A DNA stretch of 64,000 nucleotides from Bacteroidota bacterium (GCA_034002405.1 JAVFAS010000004.1:516-64515); one strand, 5' to 3'. Counted from the stretch's first letter, positions 52,313 to 62,728 are shown. Numbers and translations: made by a program. Notes: generated from the letters alone by a model not told the origin.

Positions 52313-53809
52313 ATGACCTTCACCGTGCTCGACGGCATCATCGTGGTCGCGTATCTCGGTGGGATCGCGCTCTTCGGGATCGTGATGGGAGGCAGACAGC
52401 GTTCCGCGCGCGATTATTTCGTCAGTGAACGTGCCATGCCATGGTGGGCGGTGTGCCTGACCATCGTGGCGACCGAGACCAGTGCCATCACGTTCCTCTC
52501 CCTCCCCGGGATTGCCTACAGCGGATCGATGGTCTTCCTGCAGCTCGCGCTCGGGTACATCGCGGGTCGCGTGCTCGTCGCGATATTTCTCATTCCACGA
52601 TATTTCGACGATGGCATCGCCACTGCCTATTCCCTGCTCGAGCGGAAATTCTCACCGACGGTGCGCCGGGCTGCCTCCGGGGTGTTCATGCTCACGCGTC
52701 TCTTCGCCGATGGCGTCCGTCTCTACACCACGGCGATTCCCCTCGCCTTGATCGTCGACGGGTTTGGAGTGTTCCCGGATGCGAGTCCGACGCTCATCTA
52801 TCTGGCGTCGATGACGCTGCTGACCCTGCTGACACTGGTCTATGTTTTCTATGGCGGCATTCGCGCCGTGATCTGGACCGACGTCGTGCAATGGGGAATC
52901 TACATTCTCGGTGCCGTCGTCTCGCTGGTGGTGATTTTCCAGCTGCTTCCGCAGACGCCCGCCGAAGCGCTCTCGCAGCTCGCGGTGAATGGAACGCTGG
53001 ATGTCTTTCGCTGGGTGCCCGACGGCGGATGGAGTGCGATTCTTCGTGATCCGTATTCCACGATCGCCGCCGTGCTCGGAGGCATGGTCCTGTCGATGGC
53101 ATCCCACGGCACCGATCAGCTCATCGTGCAGCGCGTGCTGGCCTCCGGATCCACTGCCGCGGCGCGGAAGGCCATGGTCATGAGTGGGATCGTCGTCTTC
53201 GTGCAGTTCGCTGCCTTTCTTCTCGTCGGCGCGCTGCTCTCGTTGCATTATCCCGACGACGCATATTCCGCCAACGAAGTATTTTCCGTGTTCATCCTTC
53301 ACGAACTCCCCGAGGGCATGACCGGCCTCGTCATCGCCGGCATTTTCGCCGCGGCGATGTCCACGCTTTCGAGTTCGATCAGCGCACTCAGTTCCGCGTC
53401 CACGATGGATCTGCTGATTCCGCTCCGGAAATCCCCGATCGATGATGCCACGGCACTGCGACTGTCGCGGAACATTTCACTATTGTGGGCACTGGTCTTG
53501 TTGGCGGTGGCCGCCGTGTTCATCGAGACGCCGTCAACGGTGGTGGAACTCGCGCTGAGCATCGCCTCCTACACCTATGGGGGATTGCTTGCGCTGTTCA
53601 TCCTCCATCTCCTGCCGCTTCGGCTCCGCGCCTCCGCGGCGGCGATCAGCTTTTTTACCGGCATCGTGGCCAACGGCATCTTCATTCTTTTCACGCCCCT
53701 GGCATGGACCTGGTACACCTTGAGCGGCACCATTCTCACCATGGTCTTCAGCCTCCTCGTCAACATGCGACGACGCACGGCCACCCATGACGCCGGAGCG
53801 TTGCCGTGA
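52313..53809 (+). CDS. Sodium:solute symporter (SSS) family transporter
   Basis: 13-14 transmembrane helices; the N-terminal FVSERAMPWWAVCLTIVATETSAITFLSLPG matches the SSS consensus. Confidence 0.85.
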   Translation: MTFTVLDGIIVVAYLGGIALFGIVMGGRQRSARDYFVSERAMPWWAVCLTIVATETSAITFLSLPGIAYSGSMVFLQLALGYIAGRVLVAIFLIPRYFDDGIATAYSLLERKFSPTVRRAASGVFMLTRLFADGVRLYTTAIPLALIVDGFGVFPDASPTLIYLASMTLLTLLTLVYVFYGGIRAVIWTDVVQWGIYILGAVVSLVVIFQLLPQTPAEALSQLAVNGTLDVFRWVPDGGWSAILRDPYSTIAAVLGGMVLSMASHGTDQLIVQRVLASGSTAAARKAMVMSGIVVFVQFAAFLLVGALLSLHYPDDAYSANEVFSVFILHELPEGMTGLVIAGIFAAAMSTLSSSISALSSASTMDLLIPLRKSPIDDATALRLSRNISLLWALVLLAVAAVFIETPSTVVELALSIASYTYGGLLALFILHLLPLRLRASAAAISFFTGIVANGIFILFTPLAWTWYTLSGTILTMVFSLLVNMRRRTATHDAGALP

Positions 53810-55584
53810 CCACACTCGACTGGACGATCATCGCCGCGTATTTCGCCCTCAGCCTCGTCATCGGACTGTATTATGCGCGCCGCGCGGGACGAAGCACCGA
53901 GGACTTTTTCCTCAGTGGACGCAATCTTCCCTGGTGGCTGGCCGGCCTCTCGATGGTCGCGACGACCTTCGCCGCCGACACGCCGCTGGCGGTGACCGAA
54001 CTGGTCGCCACGCGCGGCATCGCCGGAAACTGGCTGTGGTGGAATATGGCGATCGGTGGCATGGCCACCGTGTTCTTCTTCGCGCACCTCTGGCGTCGGG
54101 CCGGGATCATGACCGATCTCGAGCTGATCGAACTCCGCTATTCCGGAAGACCCGCCGCGTTCCTGCGCGGCTTCCGGGCGTTGTATCTCGGCCTGTTCAT
54201 GAATGCCATCATCATGGGGTGGGTCAATCTCGCCATGGCCAGCATCCTCGAAGGCATGTTCGGCATCGCTCCCGCGCATGTATTCTGGTACATCGCGGCC
54301 GCCATGTTGTTCACGGCCGTGTACAGTTCGATCTCCGGACTCTGGGGTGTGACCGTCACCGATGCGGTTCAATTCGTCATCGCCATGGCCGGTTGCATCG
54401 TGCTGGCGATCGTCGTCGTCAACGACCCCGCCATCGGTGGACTCGATGGTCTGCAGCGCGCCCTACCTCCAGACACCCTGCGCATGCTGCCCCGCATCAC
54501 ATCCGTGAGCGACGGGGCCACCGGCATTCTCACGCTGTCCGCGGGAGCGTTTTTCGCCTATGTGGGTGTGCAGTGGTGGGCGTCCTGGTATCCCGGCGCC
54601 GAACCCGGCGGGGGCGGCTATATCGCGCAACGCATGATGAGCACGAAGGACGAGCGCCATTCCGTATTTTCAGTTCTTTTTTTCCAGATTGCATTTTTCT
54701 GCCTTCGACCCTGGCCCTGGATTCTCGTCGCGCTCGCGTCTCTCGTCCTCTACCCGCAACTCGGCGGATCGGACGTCCGGCTCGGTTACATCTACGCGAT
54801 GAACGATTTTCTTTCCCCGGGTTTGAAAGGACTGCTGGTCGCCGCGTTTTTCGCCGCGTATATGTCCACCATCGCCACGCATCTCAACTGGGGGACCTCG
54901 TACCTCATCCACGATCTCTGGCGTCGATTCGCGGCGAAGGATCACAGTGAGCGACACTACGTGCTCGTCTCCCGCATCACCACGCTCCTTCTCATGCTCG
55001 CGGCGCTGCTGGTCACGCAACTCCTCGGGTCGATCGCGGGGGCATGGGAATTCATCATCGAATGCGGTGCCGGACTCGGTCTGGTGTTGCTCCTTCGATG
55101 GTACTGGTGGCGGGTGAACGCATGGAGCGAGATTACCGCGACCGTCACACCGGCATTGGTGTATACGGTGATTCGCATCATCAATGCCGGTGCGGAGACG
55201 CCGCGCATCGTCTTCCCCGATACCTTGTTTCTCATCGTCACCATCACGACCGTGACATGGATCGCGGTCACGCTTCTCACGCGGCCGACCGCGTCGTCGA
55301 CTCTCGATACCTTCTACCGGCGCGTGCGTCCTTCCGGCTTCTGGGGTGCGTTTCCCCGGCGCCATCCCGACATTGTGCCCAGCGGTAATATGCGTGTGCG
55401 TTTCGCTGGATGGCTGCTTGGTGTTCTGTTGATCTATTCCGTACTTTTCCTGTTCGGAGCGCTGTTTTTTGGTACCGTCACGGAAGCGCTGATCTGGGCG
55501 CTCCTCGCCGTGGTCTCGGCTTTTTCATTGTGGCGGCTGCTTGCAATTCCGGAGAAACTCCCAGGTGGTGATGCGATTCCTTGA
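53806..55584 (+). CDS. Sodium:solute symporter (SSS) family transporter, second tandem copy
   Basis: FLSGRNLPWWLAGLSMVATTFAADTPLAVTE; GTG start overlaps the upstream stop (GTGA); 592 aa. Confidence 0.85.
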   Translation: MTTLDWTIIAAYFALSLVIGLYYARRAGRSTEDFFLSGRNLPWWLAGLSMVATTFAADTPLAVTELVATRGIAGNWLWWNMAIGGMATVFFFAHLWRRAGIMTDLELIELRYSGRPAAFLRGFRALYLGLFMNAIIMGWVNLAMASILEGMFGIAPAHVFWYIAAAMLFTAVYSSISGLWGVTVTDAVQFVIAMAGCIVLAIVVVNDPAIGGLDGLQRALPPDTLRMLPRITSVSDGATGILTLSAGAFFAYVGVQWWASWYPGAEPGGGGYIAQRMMSTKDERHSVFSVLFFQIAFFCLRPWPWILVALASLVLYPQLGGSDVRLGYIYAMNDFLSPGLKGLLVAAFFAAYMSTIATHLNWGTSYLIHDLWRRFAAKDHSERHYVLVSRITTLLLMLAALLVTQLLGSIAGAWEFIIECGAGLGLVLLLRWYWWRVNAWSEITATVTPALVYTVIRIINAGAETPRIVFPDTLFLIVTITTVTWIAVTLLTRPTASSTLDTFYRRVRPSGFWGAFPRRHPDIVPSGNMRVRFAGWLLGVLLIYSVLFLFGALFFGTVTEALIWALLAVVSAFSLWRLLAIPEKLPGGDAIP

Positions 55585-56446
55585 GACGAAACGGGTACGA
55601 TTGCGTCGGCTGCGCCGGATCCGCTGTGTTGCCTGCGACCTCGACGGCACGCTGCTGACCAGCGACAATGCGGTGTCCCCGGGTGCCGTCGACGCCGCCG
55701 CGGACGCGAGGGAACGCGGCATCCATCTCGTGCTGGCCTCGGGGAGGACGGACGCATTCACGCGTCGCTACGCGCGAGAGATCGGCACCGACGCGCCGGT
55801 CATCTCCCTGAACGGCGCGCTGGCGAAGGAATCCAACGGCACGCCGCTCGTGTCTTATCCCCTGCCGGAAGGAGTCGCGGCCGCGGCCGATGAACTCGCG
55901 ATGCAGCTGGATCCGATCGAAATGTCGTGGTCGCTGTTCACCGCCGACGGAATCATCTCCCGCGACGAACAGCCCGTGCTTCCACGCTATCTTCGAACAG
56001 AAGTCGACGATATCCGTCCCGTCCGCGACCTGCGACCCTATTATGCAACGGGCTTGCTGCTCTGCGCGGGTGGGACGTACAATGCACTGCAACACCTCTC
56101 CGTCACCCTCGCGACCCGATTCGGGAAGCATCTACACCGCTCGTTCTACCAGAGTGGCGGCAGCGCGGACCGGTATTATCTCGAGGTGAAGATCCGCGGC
56201 GTCAACAAGGCGACGGCATTGCGCGCGGTCATCGAACGCCTCGGCGTCTCGCGAAGGGAAACCGCCGCGATCGGCGACTATTCCAACGATCTGGAAATGT
56301 GTACATTTGCCGGTGTCTCCGCCGCCATGCGAAACGGTCACGCCGACTTGAAATCGGCGGCGGATTATCTGACGCAGCGCGATCATAACGAGGGCGGAGT
56401 GGCGGAATTTCTGCGCCTGATTCTCGAAGGCCGCGCACCGCGGTAA
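55571..56446 (+). CDS. Cof-type HAD-IIB hydrolase
   Basis: CVACDLDGTLL (motif I) and IGDYSNDLEMCTFAGVSAAMRNG (motif IV); start at the ATG at 55571. Confidence 0.8.
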   Translation: MRFLETKRVRLRRLRRIRCVACDLDGTLLTSDNAVSPGAVDAAADARERGIHLVLASGRTDAFTRRYAREIGTDAPVISLNGALAKESNGTPLVSYPLPEGVAAAADELAMQLDPIEMSWSLFTADGIISRDEQPVLPRYLRTEVDDIRPVRDLRPYYATGLLLCAGGTYNALQHLSVTLATRFGKHLHRSFYQSGGSADRYYLEVKIRGVNKATALRAVIERLGVSRRETAAIGDYSNDLEMCTFAGVSAAMRNGHADLKSAADYLTQRDHNEGGVAEFLRLILEGRAPR

Positions 56447-56482
56447 TCACCCGTTCCATCCCGTTCATCACCCGTTGAGAAC

Positions 56483-58825
56483 ATGGATCAATCCGAAAGA
56501 CCGACAGACAGAATCCTGCACGCGTTGCAGTACGGTATGACAGTGCGCATCGCACTCGCCATCGCCGTGGTCGTTGTGATCGCCATGCTCTTCCCGTCCG
56601 GGATGAAGTATGAATACGAGTACCGTGAAGGCGATGTGTGGGTGGATGACGATCTGATCGCGCCGTTCGGCTTTTCGATTTATCGCGATCCCGCCGTGAT
56701 CGAAAAGGAACAGAAAGAGGCCGCCGCCAAAACCCCGCTCAGTTTCGACCGTCTCCCCGCCCTCGGAGAGGCGATGCAGGACACCGTGAAGCGCGCGTTG
56801 GACTACATCGTGCGCAGCGCGGAACGTGTCGGCGCCACGCAGACGCAGCGAACGCGGCGGGCGAGGATCGTGACCGCGGCGGACAGCATCGCGATCACCT
56901 CGGCACGCAGTCCGGAATTTCCAGGACGTCTTTCCCAGCGCGCGTGGCGTCTGTGGCTCTCGGCATGGATCGAGGGAGACGCGGCGGAGTACTTGCCCGC
57001 CATCCGCGGCGTCACGAAGGAAACGATCTCGCAGGTGTACGCGAAGGGATACCTCGATCGCGAGAAAAGCAGCTTCCGTCACGAGTTGCTGGCAATCCGA
57101 CTCGACAGCACGACCGAATTGCGCCGACCCGTGCGGGAATTCCTCGATCACATCGATGTCGCCGCACTCATCCAGAAGCGGTTGACCGCGCGTTTTGGTC
57201 GGGACTCGATGCTGGTGGACTTTCTCTTCAACCTCGTCTATCCCCTGCTCCGACCCAACATCGTCTACAACAACGAGCAGACGCAGTTCGCCATCCAGGC
57301 CGCGATCAACAACGTGATGCTCACCGATGGCATCGTCAAGGAAAACGAACGCATCATCAGCAGGCACGAACGCATCTCGCCAGAGATCAAGTCGAAACTT
57401 GACTCCTACACGCGTGCGAAGATCGACCGCAGCGGCGAGGAGAATCGTATTCTCCGCTTCCTCGGCCGGGTCGGCCATACCATCGCCATCCTTTTCCTCC
57501 CGGTGATCTACCTCGTGATGTTCCGGAAAAAGATCATTGGCGACAATTCGCGACTCCTCCTGATCTCGGTCGTGGTGCTCCTGATCGCATTCCTGGCCTA
57601 TCTGACCTCCTCGCTTCCGGTGACGGGTCCGATCGAATATCTGGTCCTCGTGCCCACCGCCGCGATGCTGATGACGATCATCTTCGACTCCCGCGTCGCG
57701 TTCTACACCACGGTATCGATGGCCTTTCTCGTCGGCGCGCTCCGGGGCAACGAGTACATGATCATCCTCGCCTCACTGCTCGCCGGGACACTGGCGATCT
57801 ATACCGTCCGCGATGTCAAGAACCGTTCGCAGATATTCCGGTCCCTTACGTTTATTTTTCTTGGATATTTCTTCGCGATCCTCGTCAACGGACTGCAGCG
57901 GTCGGTGGATATCAACACGATGCTCGTCGAATCGGCCTATGCCCTGACGAACGCGGTCCTGTCGCCGGTCTTCACGTTTGGCCTGCTCATCTTTTTCGAA
58001 CGGGTGTTCCGCATCACGACGGATTTGACACTTCTCGAGCTTTCGGATTTCAACCACCCATTGCTGCGTGATCTCTCCGCGCGAGCGCCGGGCACGTTCC
58101 ACCACAGCATCGTCATGGGCACGCTCGCCGAGGCTGCCGCCACATCGATCGGCGCCAACGCCACGCTCGCGCGCGTCGGGGCATACTATCATGACATCGG
58201 CAAGATGCTCGAACCGGAATATTTCGTCGAGAACCAGATCGGGGGGCAGAGCGCGCACGAGACACTCGAGCCGCGTGACAGCGCGAGAAAAATCATCAAC
58301 CACGTCATTCGCGGCATCGAACTCGCGCGGGAGCACAACCTTCCCGAACGTATCATCGATTTCATTCCCGCGCATCACGGCACCACGCTTGTTTCCTACT
58401 TCTACGAGAAGGAAAAATCACTCTCCGGCGATGTCTCGCATCGGGAAGACTTTCAGTACGGCGGCCCGAAGCCCTATTCGAAGGAGACCGGGATCGTGAT
58501 GCTCGCCGATACCATCGAAGCAGCCACGCGCGCGATCGAGGAACCGACGATCGAGAAGATCCGCGAACTCATCGACCGGATCGTGACAAAGCGACTGTCG
58601 GATGGCGAACTCGAGAATTGCGATCTCACGTTCCGTGAGATTTCCGTCATCAAGCAGAGTTTCCTCAATATCCTCACCGGCATCCATCACAGCCGGATCA
58701 AGTATCCGAGCGAGGAGGACGCCGTCGCCGCGAAGAAGATCGCCGACCGCACGGCCAAGCTGCTCAATCTTCCCTCGACGACGGACGCCTTGATGCAGCG
58801 CATGAAGAAACTGGATTCGTTCTGA
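56483..58825 (+). CDS. 7TM receptor with intracellular HD hydrolase (HDIG, PgpH/YqfF-like)
   Basis: N-terminal extracellular domain, 7 transmembrane helices, and a C-terminal HD domain with the motifs HHSIVMGTLAE and YYHDIGKMLEPEYF; 780 aa. Confidence 0.85.
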   Translation: MDQSERPTDRILHALQYGMTVRIALAIAVVVVIAMLFPSGMKYEYEYREGDVWVDDDLIAPFGFSIYRDPAVIEKEQKEAAAKTPLSFDRLPALGEAMQDTVKRALDYIVRSAERVGATQTQRTRRARIVTAADSIAITSARSPEFPGRLSQRAWRLWLSAWIEGDAAEYLPAIRGVTKETISQVYAKGYLDREKSSFRHELLAIRLDSTTELRRPVREFLDHIDVAALIQKRLTARFGRDSMLVDFLFNLVYPLLRPNIVYNNEQTQFAIQAAINNVMLTDGIVKENERIISRHERISPEIKSKLDSYTRAKIDRSGEENRILRFLGRVGHTIAILFLPVIYLVMFRKKIIGDNSRLLLISVVVLLIAFLAYLTSSLPVTGPIEYLVLVPTAAMLMTIIFDSRVAFYTTVSMAFLVGALRGNEYMIILASLLAGTLAIYTVRDVKNRSQIFRSLTFIFLGYFFAILVNGLQRSVDINTMLVESAYALTNAVLSPVFTFGLLIFFERVFRITTDLTLLELSDFNHPLLRDLSARAPGTFHHSIVMGTLAEAAATSIGANATLARVGAYYHDIGKMLEPEYFVENQIGGQSAHETLEPRDSARKIINHVIRGIELAREHNLPERIIDFIPAHHGTTLVSYFYEKEKSLSGDVSHREDFQYGGPKPYSKETGIVMLADTIEAATRAIEEPTIEKIRELIDRIVTKRLSDGELENCDLTFREISVIKQSFLNILTGIHHSRIKYPSEEDAVAAKKIADRTAKLLNLPSTTDALMQRMKKLDSF

Positions 58826-58846
58826 CAGCGCGGGCGTCATTCTGAA

Positions 58847-59797
58847 ATGGGCATTACCCTGCGCATGGCTGTTCGCGGTTTCAAGGATTATCTCCGCCTC
58901 GAGCGAGGGTTCTCGGATCACTCCGTCTGTGCCTATCTTCGCGATGTCGAGCGTTACGCGGCGTGGATCGGACCCTCCGCTGCTCCGGAAGCCGAGCAGA
59001 ACCAGAGGCAACGCGACGCGCTTCCGGCCGTCGAACGCACCGACGAGATCACGCTCGGGCATATCACCGGTTTTCTGCTGGCGCTGAAGGACACGAATTA
59101 CGCCGCATCGAGCATGGCACGGACGATCTCGTCGATTCGGCACTTCCACCGCTTTCTCCTCGCGGAAGGCTACAGTGCCTCAGATCCATCCGCGCAGATC
59201 GACACGCCAACGATCACGCGGCATCTGCCCATGGTGCTCACCCAGGATGAGATGGCGCTCATTCTCGAACAGCCCGACGTCACCGTCCCTCTCGGACTCC
59301 GCGACCGCGCGCTGCTCGAAACCCTGTACGCCACCGGAATGCGTGTCAGCGAATTGACCGGATTCCGCCTCGATCAGATATTGCGTGAAGACGGGCTCGT
59401 GCGGATTTTCGGCAAGGGTCGAAAGGAACGCGTTGTTCCGTTCGGCAGCATCGCCCAGCAGTGGACGGAGCGCTATCTGCGCACGGTGCGCCCGCGACTG
59501 CTCCAGCGTGCGCACCCGCATCCGACCGTGTTTCTCAATCACCGCGGTGGTGCGCTGAGCCGCATGAGCGTGCTGACCATCGTGAAAAAGTACGCGGCGA
59601 TGGCCGGCATCCGCAGCGATGTACATCCGCACACCTTCCGGCACTCGTTCGCGACCCATCTGCTCGAAGGCGGAGCCGATCTGCGTTCCGTGCAGGAAAT
59701 GCTCGGTCATGCCGATATCAGCACCACGCAGATTTACACGCATGTCGACCGGGAATATCTGAAGGAAGTTCATCGCACATTTCACCCGCGTTCCTGA
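58847..59797 (+). CDS. xerD: Site-specific tyrosine recombinase XerD/XerC
   Basis: N-terminal SAM-like domain; catalytic RHR-Y motifs ([38 protein letters not shown], the Tyr in IYTHV); XerC versus XerD cannot be separated by eye. Confidence 0.8.
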   Translation: MGITLRMAVRGFKDYLRLERGFSDHSVCAYLRDVERYAAWIGPSAAPEAEQNQRQRDALPAVERTDEITLGHITGFLLALKDTNYAASSMARTISSIRHFHRFLLAEGYSASDPSAQIDTPTITRHLPMVLTQDEMALILEQPDVTVPLGLRDRALLETLYATGMRVSELTGFRLDQILREDGLVRIFGKGRKERVVPFGSIAQQWTERYLRTVRPRLLQRAHPHPTVFLNHRGGALSRMSVLTIVKKYAAMAGIRSDVHPHTFRHSFATHLLEGGADLRSVQEMLGHADISTTQIYTHVDREYLKEVHRTFHPRS

Positions 59798-59811
59798 CCC
59801 GGAGGAAGTTC

Positions 59812-60444
59812 ATGTTCATCAGTTTCGAAGGAATCGACTGTTCGGGCAAATCGACACAGATCGATCTGCTCGCACAACGTCTCGAAGAAAACGGATACGA
59901 GGTCCTTATCGTCCGGGAGCCCGGTGGCACTCCCATTTCCGAACGGATTCGCGAGCTGCTTCTCGATCTTCGGCACCGCGAGATGGACCGGCACACGGAA
60001 CTGCTGCTGTTCTCGGCCTCGCGTTCACAGCTGGTAACCGAGCGCATCCTCCCCGCGCTCCACGCGGGCATCGTCGTGATCGCCGACCGTTTTCACGACT
60101 CAACCACCGCATACCAGGGCTACGGGCGTGGTCTGGATATCACATCGATCGAACATGTGCAGAACATCGCAACGCATCAGGTGTACCCGGATCGCAGTTT
60201 TTTTCTTGACATCAGTGTCGCGGAGAGTATCGAGCGACGGAAGCTGCGGCTGGCGAATGTCGACCGCATGGAGGAGGCGGACGGCGCGTTTTTCCAGCGC
60301 GTGCGTGACGGCTATCTGCACATCGCCTCCACCGCGCCGTCCCGTTTCCGCATCATCGACGGCATGCGTGCGCCGGAACCCATCGCCGAGGAAATCTGGG
60401 GATGGGTGGTCGCCAACCTGCCAACCGCGGAGGGAAACCATTGA
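59812..60444 (+). CDS. tmk: Thymidylate kinase
   Basis: P-loop ISFEGIDCSGKST; DRF/LID region; GGAGG ribosome-binding site 6 nt upstream of the ATG at 59812. Confidence 0.9.
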   Translation: MFISFEGIDCSGKSTQIDLLAQRLEENGYEVLIVREPGGTPISERIRELLLDLRHREMDRHTELLLFSASRSQLVTERILPALHAGIVVIADRFHDSTTAYQGYGRGLDITSIEHVQNIATHQVYPDRSFFLDISVAESIERRKLRLANVDRMEEADGAFFQRVRDGYLHIASTAPSRFRIIDGMRAPEPIAEEIWGWVVANLPTAEGNH

Positions 60445-62096
60445 GAACGAATCGACCGCTTCTCCGCCGTATCGGCGTCGTCGTCGGCAGCGTCACCCTC
60501 ATCCTGCTGCTCGGCGCGGCCATCGAGGAGAGCGTGCAGCGCGTGCTGCGCGGCGAGGAACTGCTCACCGCGGTGTACCAATCCATCGTCAATGAATATG
60601 TGGAGGAGGTTTCTCCCGACGCTCTGTTCCGCGCCGGCGTGGAGGGAATGCTCCGGCATACCGATCCCTATGCGGAATTGATTGAACAACGGGAAAACAG
60701 CGAAGTCGACATGCTCGCCAAGGGCGTGTATCATGGCCTCGGCATCAAAGTCGCGAAACACGGCACCCGGCATGTCGTCAGCTATATCTACGACGAGATC
60801 CGTCCGCTCACCAATCTACGTCTCGGTGACCAGCTCCTTCGCATCGATTCCGTCGATCTTCGAACGCAGGATGTGACGGATCTGCGGCCACTGCTTCGCG
60901 GACCGGCGGGAAGCACGGTCAACCTGCTCGTGCGGCGTCCGGGTATCAGCGACTCGCTCGCCATGACGGTGCTGCGTCGCAGCGTGACCATCGATCCCCT
61001 TCCCGTGGAGCGGATTTCGCCCGACGGTATCCTGTACCTCCGACTGTCACGGTTTACCCGAAGCGCCGCCGACAGCGTCGGTCGCGCACTCTCCCGGGCG
61101 CGGGAAACGGGACGTGTGCGCGGTATTGTCTTCGACCTGCGTGACAATCCGGGGGGACTTCTCGAAGCCGCGGTCGCGATCGCCGACAATTTCGTCCCCG
61201 CCGGCACACCCATCGTCAGCATGCGGGGCCGTCAACCGAACGCGTTGCGCATGTACCGTGCACGGACGGACGCGCATGACGCCACCGTTCCCATTGCCCT
61301 GCTTGTCAACGCGCGAAGCGCGAGCGCCTCGGAAATCCTGGCCGGTGCCATGCAGGATCTTGATCGTGGCATCGTCATCGGGCATCGCACCTTCGGCAAG
61401 GGACTTGTGCAGACGCTGATTCCCCTCAGTTACAATGCATGGCTGAAACTGACGACGTCGCGATACTACATCCCCTCGGGGCGTTGCATTCAGCGCCTTG
61501 CGTACCCGGAGGGGAAAGCCGCGCGGGTGGAGAGTTCCGGAGATAACGATCCGGAATTCCGGACACTCCGTCTCGCGAGAATCGTGCGCGAATCCAATGG
61601 CATCGTTCCGGATCTTGTTCTTCCGCAGGATAGCCTCTCACCGCTCCGCCGTTGCCTCGAACGCTATGATGGCTATTTCGGCTTCGTGAGCCTGTACATC
61701 AACCGGAACGCACCGAAATCGGTCCCCCGCATCGGTGCCGGAATTCGTGCGGACTTCCGGCGGCATGCCGATTCACTCATGGCCTGCGAGGGAACAGCAC
61801 TGTCCGACGCATACGACGCGTTGCGACGGGAGGCACGGACGCAGAATCTCGATGCATCCGGCACCCGTCTCGTCGAGGAGCTCGGCGAGAAAATCCGGCA
61901 GTTGCACGCACGGCGTTTCGACACCGAATGGGAGTTGATCCGCGCACGTCTCGAGGAAGAATTCATTTTTCACATGCATGGCGATCTGGCGCGTCAGCGC
62001 CACCAGCTCACGAGGGACGACGCGGTGCAACGCGCGGAGACGCTGTTGCGCGACACCGCCGCCTATGAGGCGGCATTCCTTCCGGCGGAGCAGTAG
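60402..62096 (+). CDS. S41-family C-terminal processing peptidase with a PDZ domain
   Basis: N-terminal signal anchor; PDZ domain (GLGIKV...GDQLLRID); catalytic Ser region LVNARSASASEILAGA and Lys region; the true start may instead be the TTG at 60441, which overlaps the tmk stop. Confidence 0.8.
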   Translation: MGGRQPANRGGKPLRTNRPLLRRIGVVVGSVTLILLLGAAIEESVQRVLRGEELLTAVYQSIVNEYVEEVSPDALFRAGVEGMLRHTDPYAELIEQRENSEVDMLAKGVYHGLGIKVAKHGTRHVVSYIYDEIRPLTNLRLGDQLLRIDSVDLRTQDVTDLRPLLRGPAGSTVNLLVRRPGISDSLAMTVLRRSVTIDPLPVERISPDGILYLRLSRFTRSAADSVGRALSRARETGRVRGIVFDLRDNPGGLLEAAVAIADNFVPAGTPIVSMRGRQPNALRMYRARTDAHDATVPIALLVNARSASASEILAGAMQDLDRGIVIGHRTFGKGLVQTLIPLSYNAWLKLTTSRYYIPSGRCIQRLAYPEGKAARVESSGDNDPEFRTLRLARIVRESNGIVPDLVLPQDSLSPLRRCLERYDGYFGFVSLYINRNAPKSVPRIGAGIRADFRRHADSLMACEGTALSDAYDALRREARTQNLDASGTRLVEELGEKIRQLHARRFDTEWELIRARLEEEFIFHMHGDLARQRHQLTRDDAVQRAETLLRDTAAYEAAFLPAEQ

Positions 62097-62145
62097 TTCC
62101 CACGCCACCCTCGATCCCGCCTTGGCCGTGGACACCATCCCCCAA

Positions 62146-62185
62146 AACGAACGCACACCGTGAGGGACACTCACGGTGTGCGTTG
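62146..62185 (-). terminator. Intrinsic terminator (perfect 15 bp inverted repeat) between the convergent S41 peptidase and IscA-type genes
   Basis: aacgcacaccgtgag-ggacact-ctcacggtgtgcgtt; on the - strand it is followed by CGUUUUGGGGG. Confidence 0.5.
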
Positions 62186-62211
62186 AAACATTCGCCTCCG
62201 GCGAATACCGG

Positions 62212-62568
62212 TCAGGAACTGAACGACGAGCCGCAACCGCAGGTACGCACCGCGTTCGGATTGTTGAACACGAATCCGCGTCCGCTCAGGCCGTCGGAAT
62301 AATCGAGTTCGGTGCCTCCGAGATAAAACAAGCTCTTCGCGTCGATCACCAGGCGCACGCCATTGACCTCGAGTCGTTCGTCACTCTCCCGCACATCACC
62401 ATCGAACCCCAGCGAGTACGAAAGACCGGAACACCCGCCTCCCTTCACTCCGATGCGGAGGAGATAATTTTCCGGGATGTCGTTGTCCGTTCGAATCGTC
62501 GCGATTTCCTTCGCGGCCTTGTCCGTTACGGTGATCTGACTCACTGCTTCTGTCATCTGCTCAGACAT
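62212..62568 (-). CDS. Iron-sulfur cluster insertion/assembly protein (IscA/ErpA/HesB family)
   Basis: 118 aa; the three conserved Cys (GGGCSG and C-terminal CGCGSSF). Confidence 0.85.
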   Translation of the reverse strand: MSEQMTEAVSQITVTDKAAKEIATIRTDNDIPENYLLRIGVKGGGCSGLSYSLGFDGDVRESDERLEVNGVRLVIDAKSLFYLGGTELDYSDGLSGRGFVFNNPNAVRTCGCGSSFSS

Positions 62569-62606
62569 GTCTACTCCAAAAAAAAAAGAATAATCGGAAA
62601 TCAGTT

Positions 62607-62640
62607 CATTATACTAATGTAGAGAATCGTCGTCCGAATT
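62607..62640 (-). promoter_or_regulatory. Possible promoter/5-prime UTR of the IscA-type gene
   Basis: On the - strand, a TATAAT hexamer (+ strand 62607-62612) lies about 40 nt upstream of the ATG; an A10 tract (+ strand 62577-62586), read as T10 on the - strand, lies between it and the GGAG ribosome-binding site; this is weak evidence. Confidence 0.2.
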
Positions 62641-62728
62641 CGCAAGTCGGGAATTCAGCCCCCGTCGGCACGGTCGCGGCCTGCCCGCGAACGGTGGGAA
62701 GGAGCGCGCGGGAGCACCATTCCGCCGG

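Noticed and set aside
58847-59797. Integrase marking a mobile element or genomic island
   Set aside because: The sequence has housekeeping XerC/XerD features and sits between a conserved receptor gene and tmk. No attachment-site repeats, tRNA target or phage/transposon genes were seen. No CRISPR arrays or transposases were found anywhere in the window.
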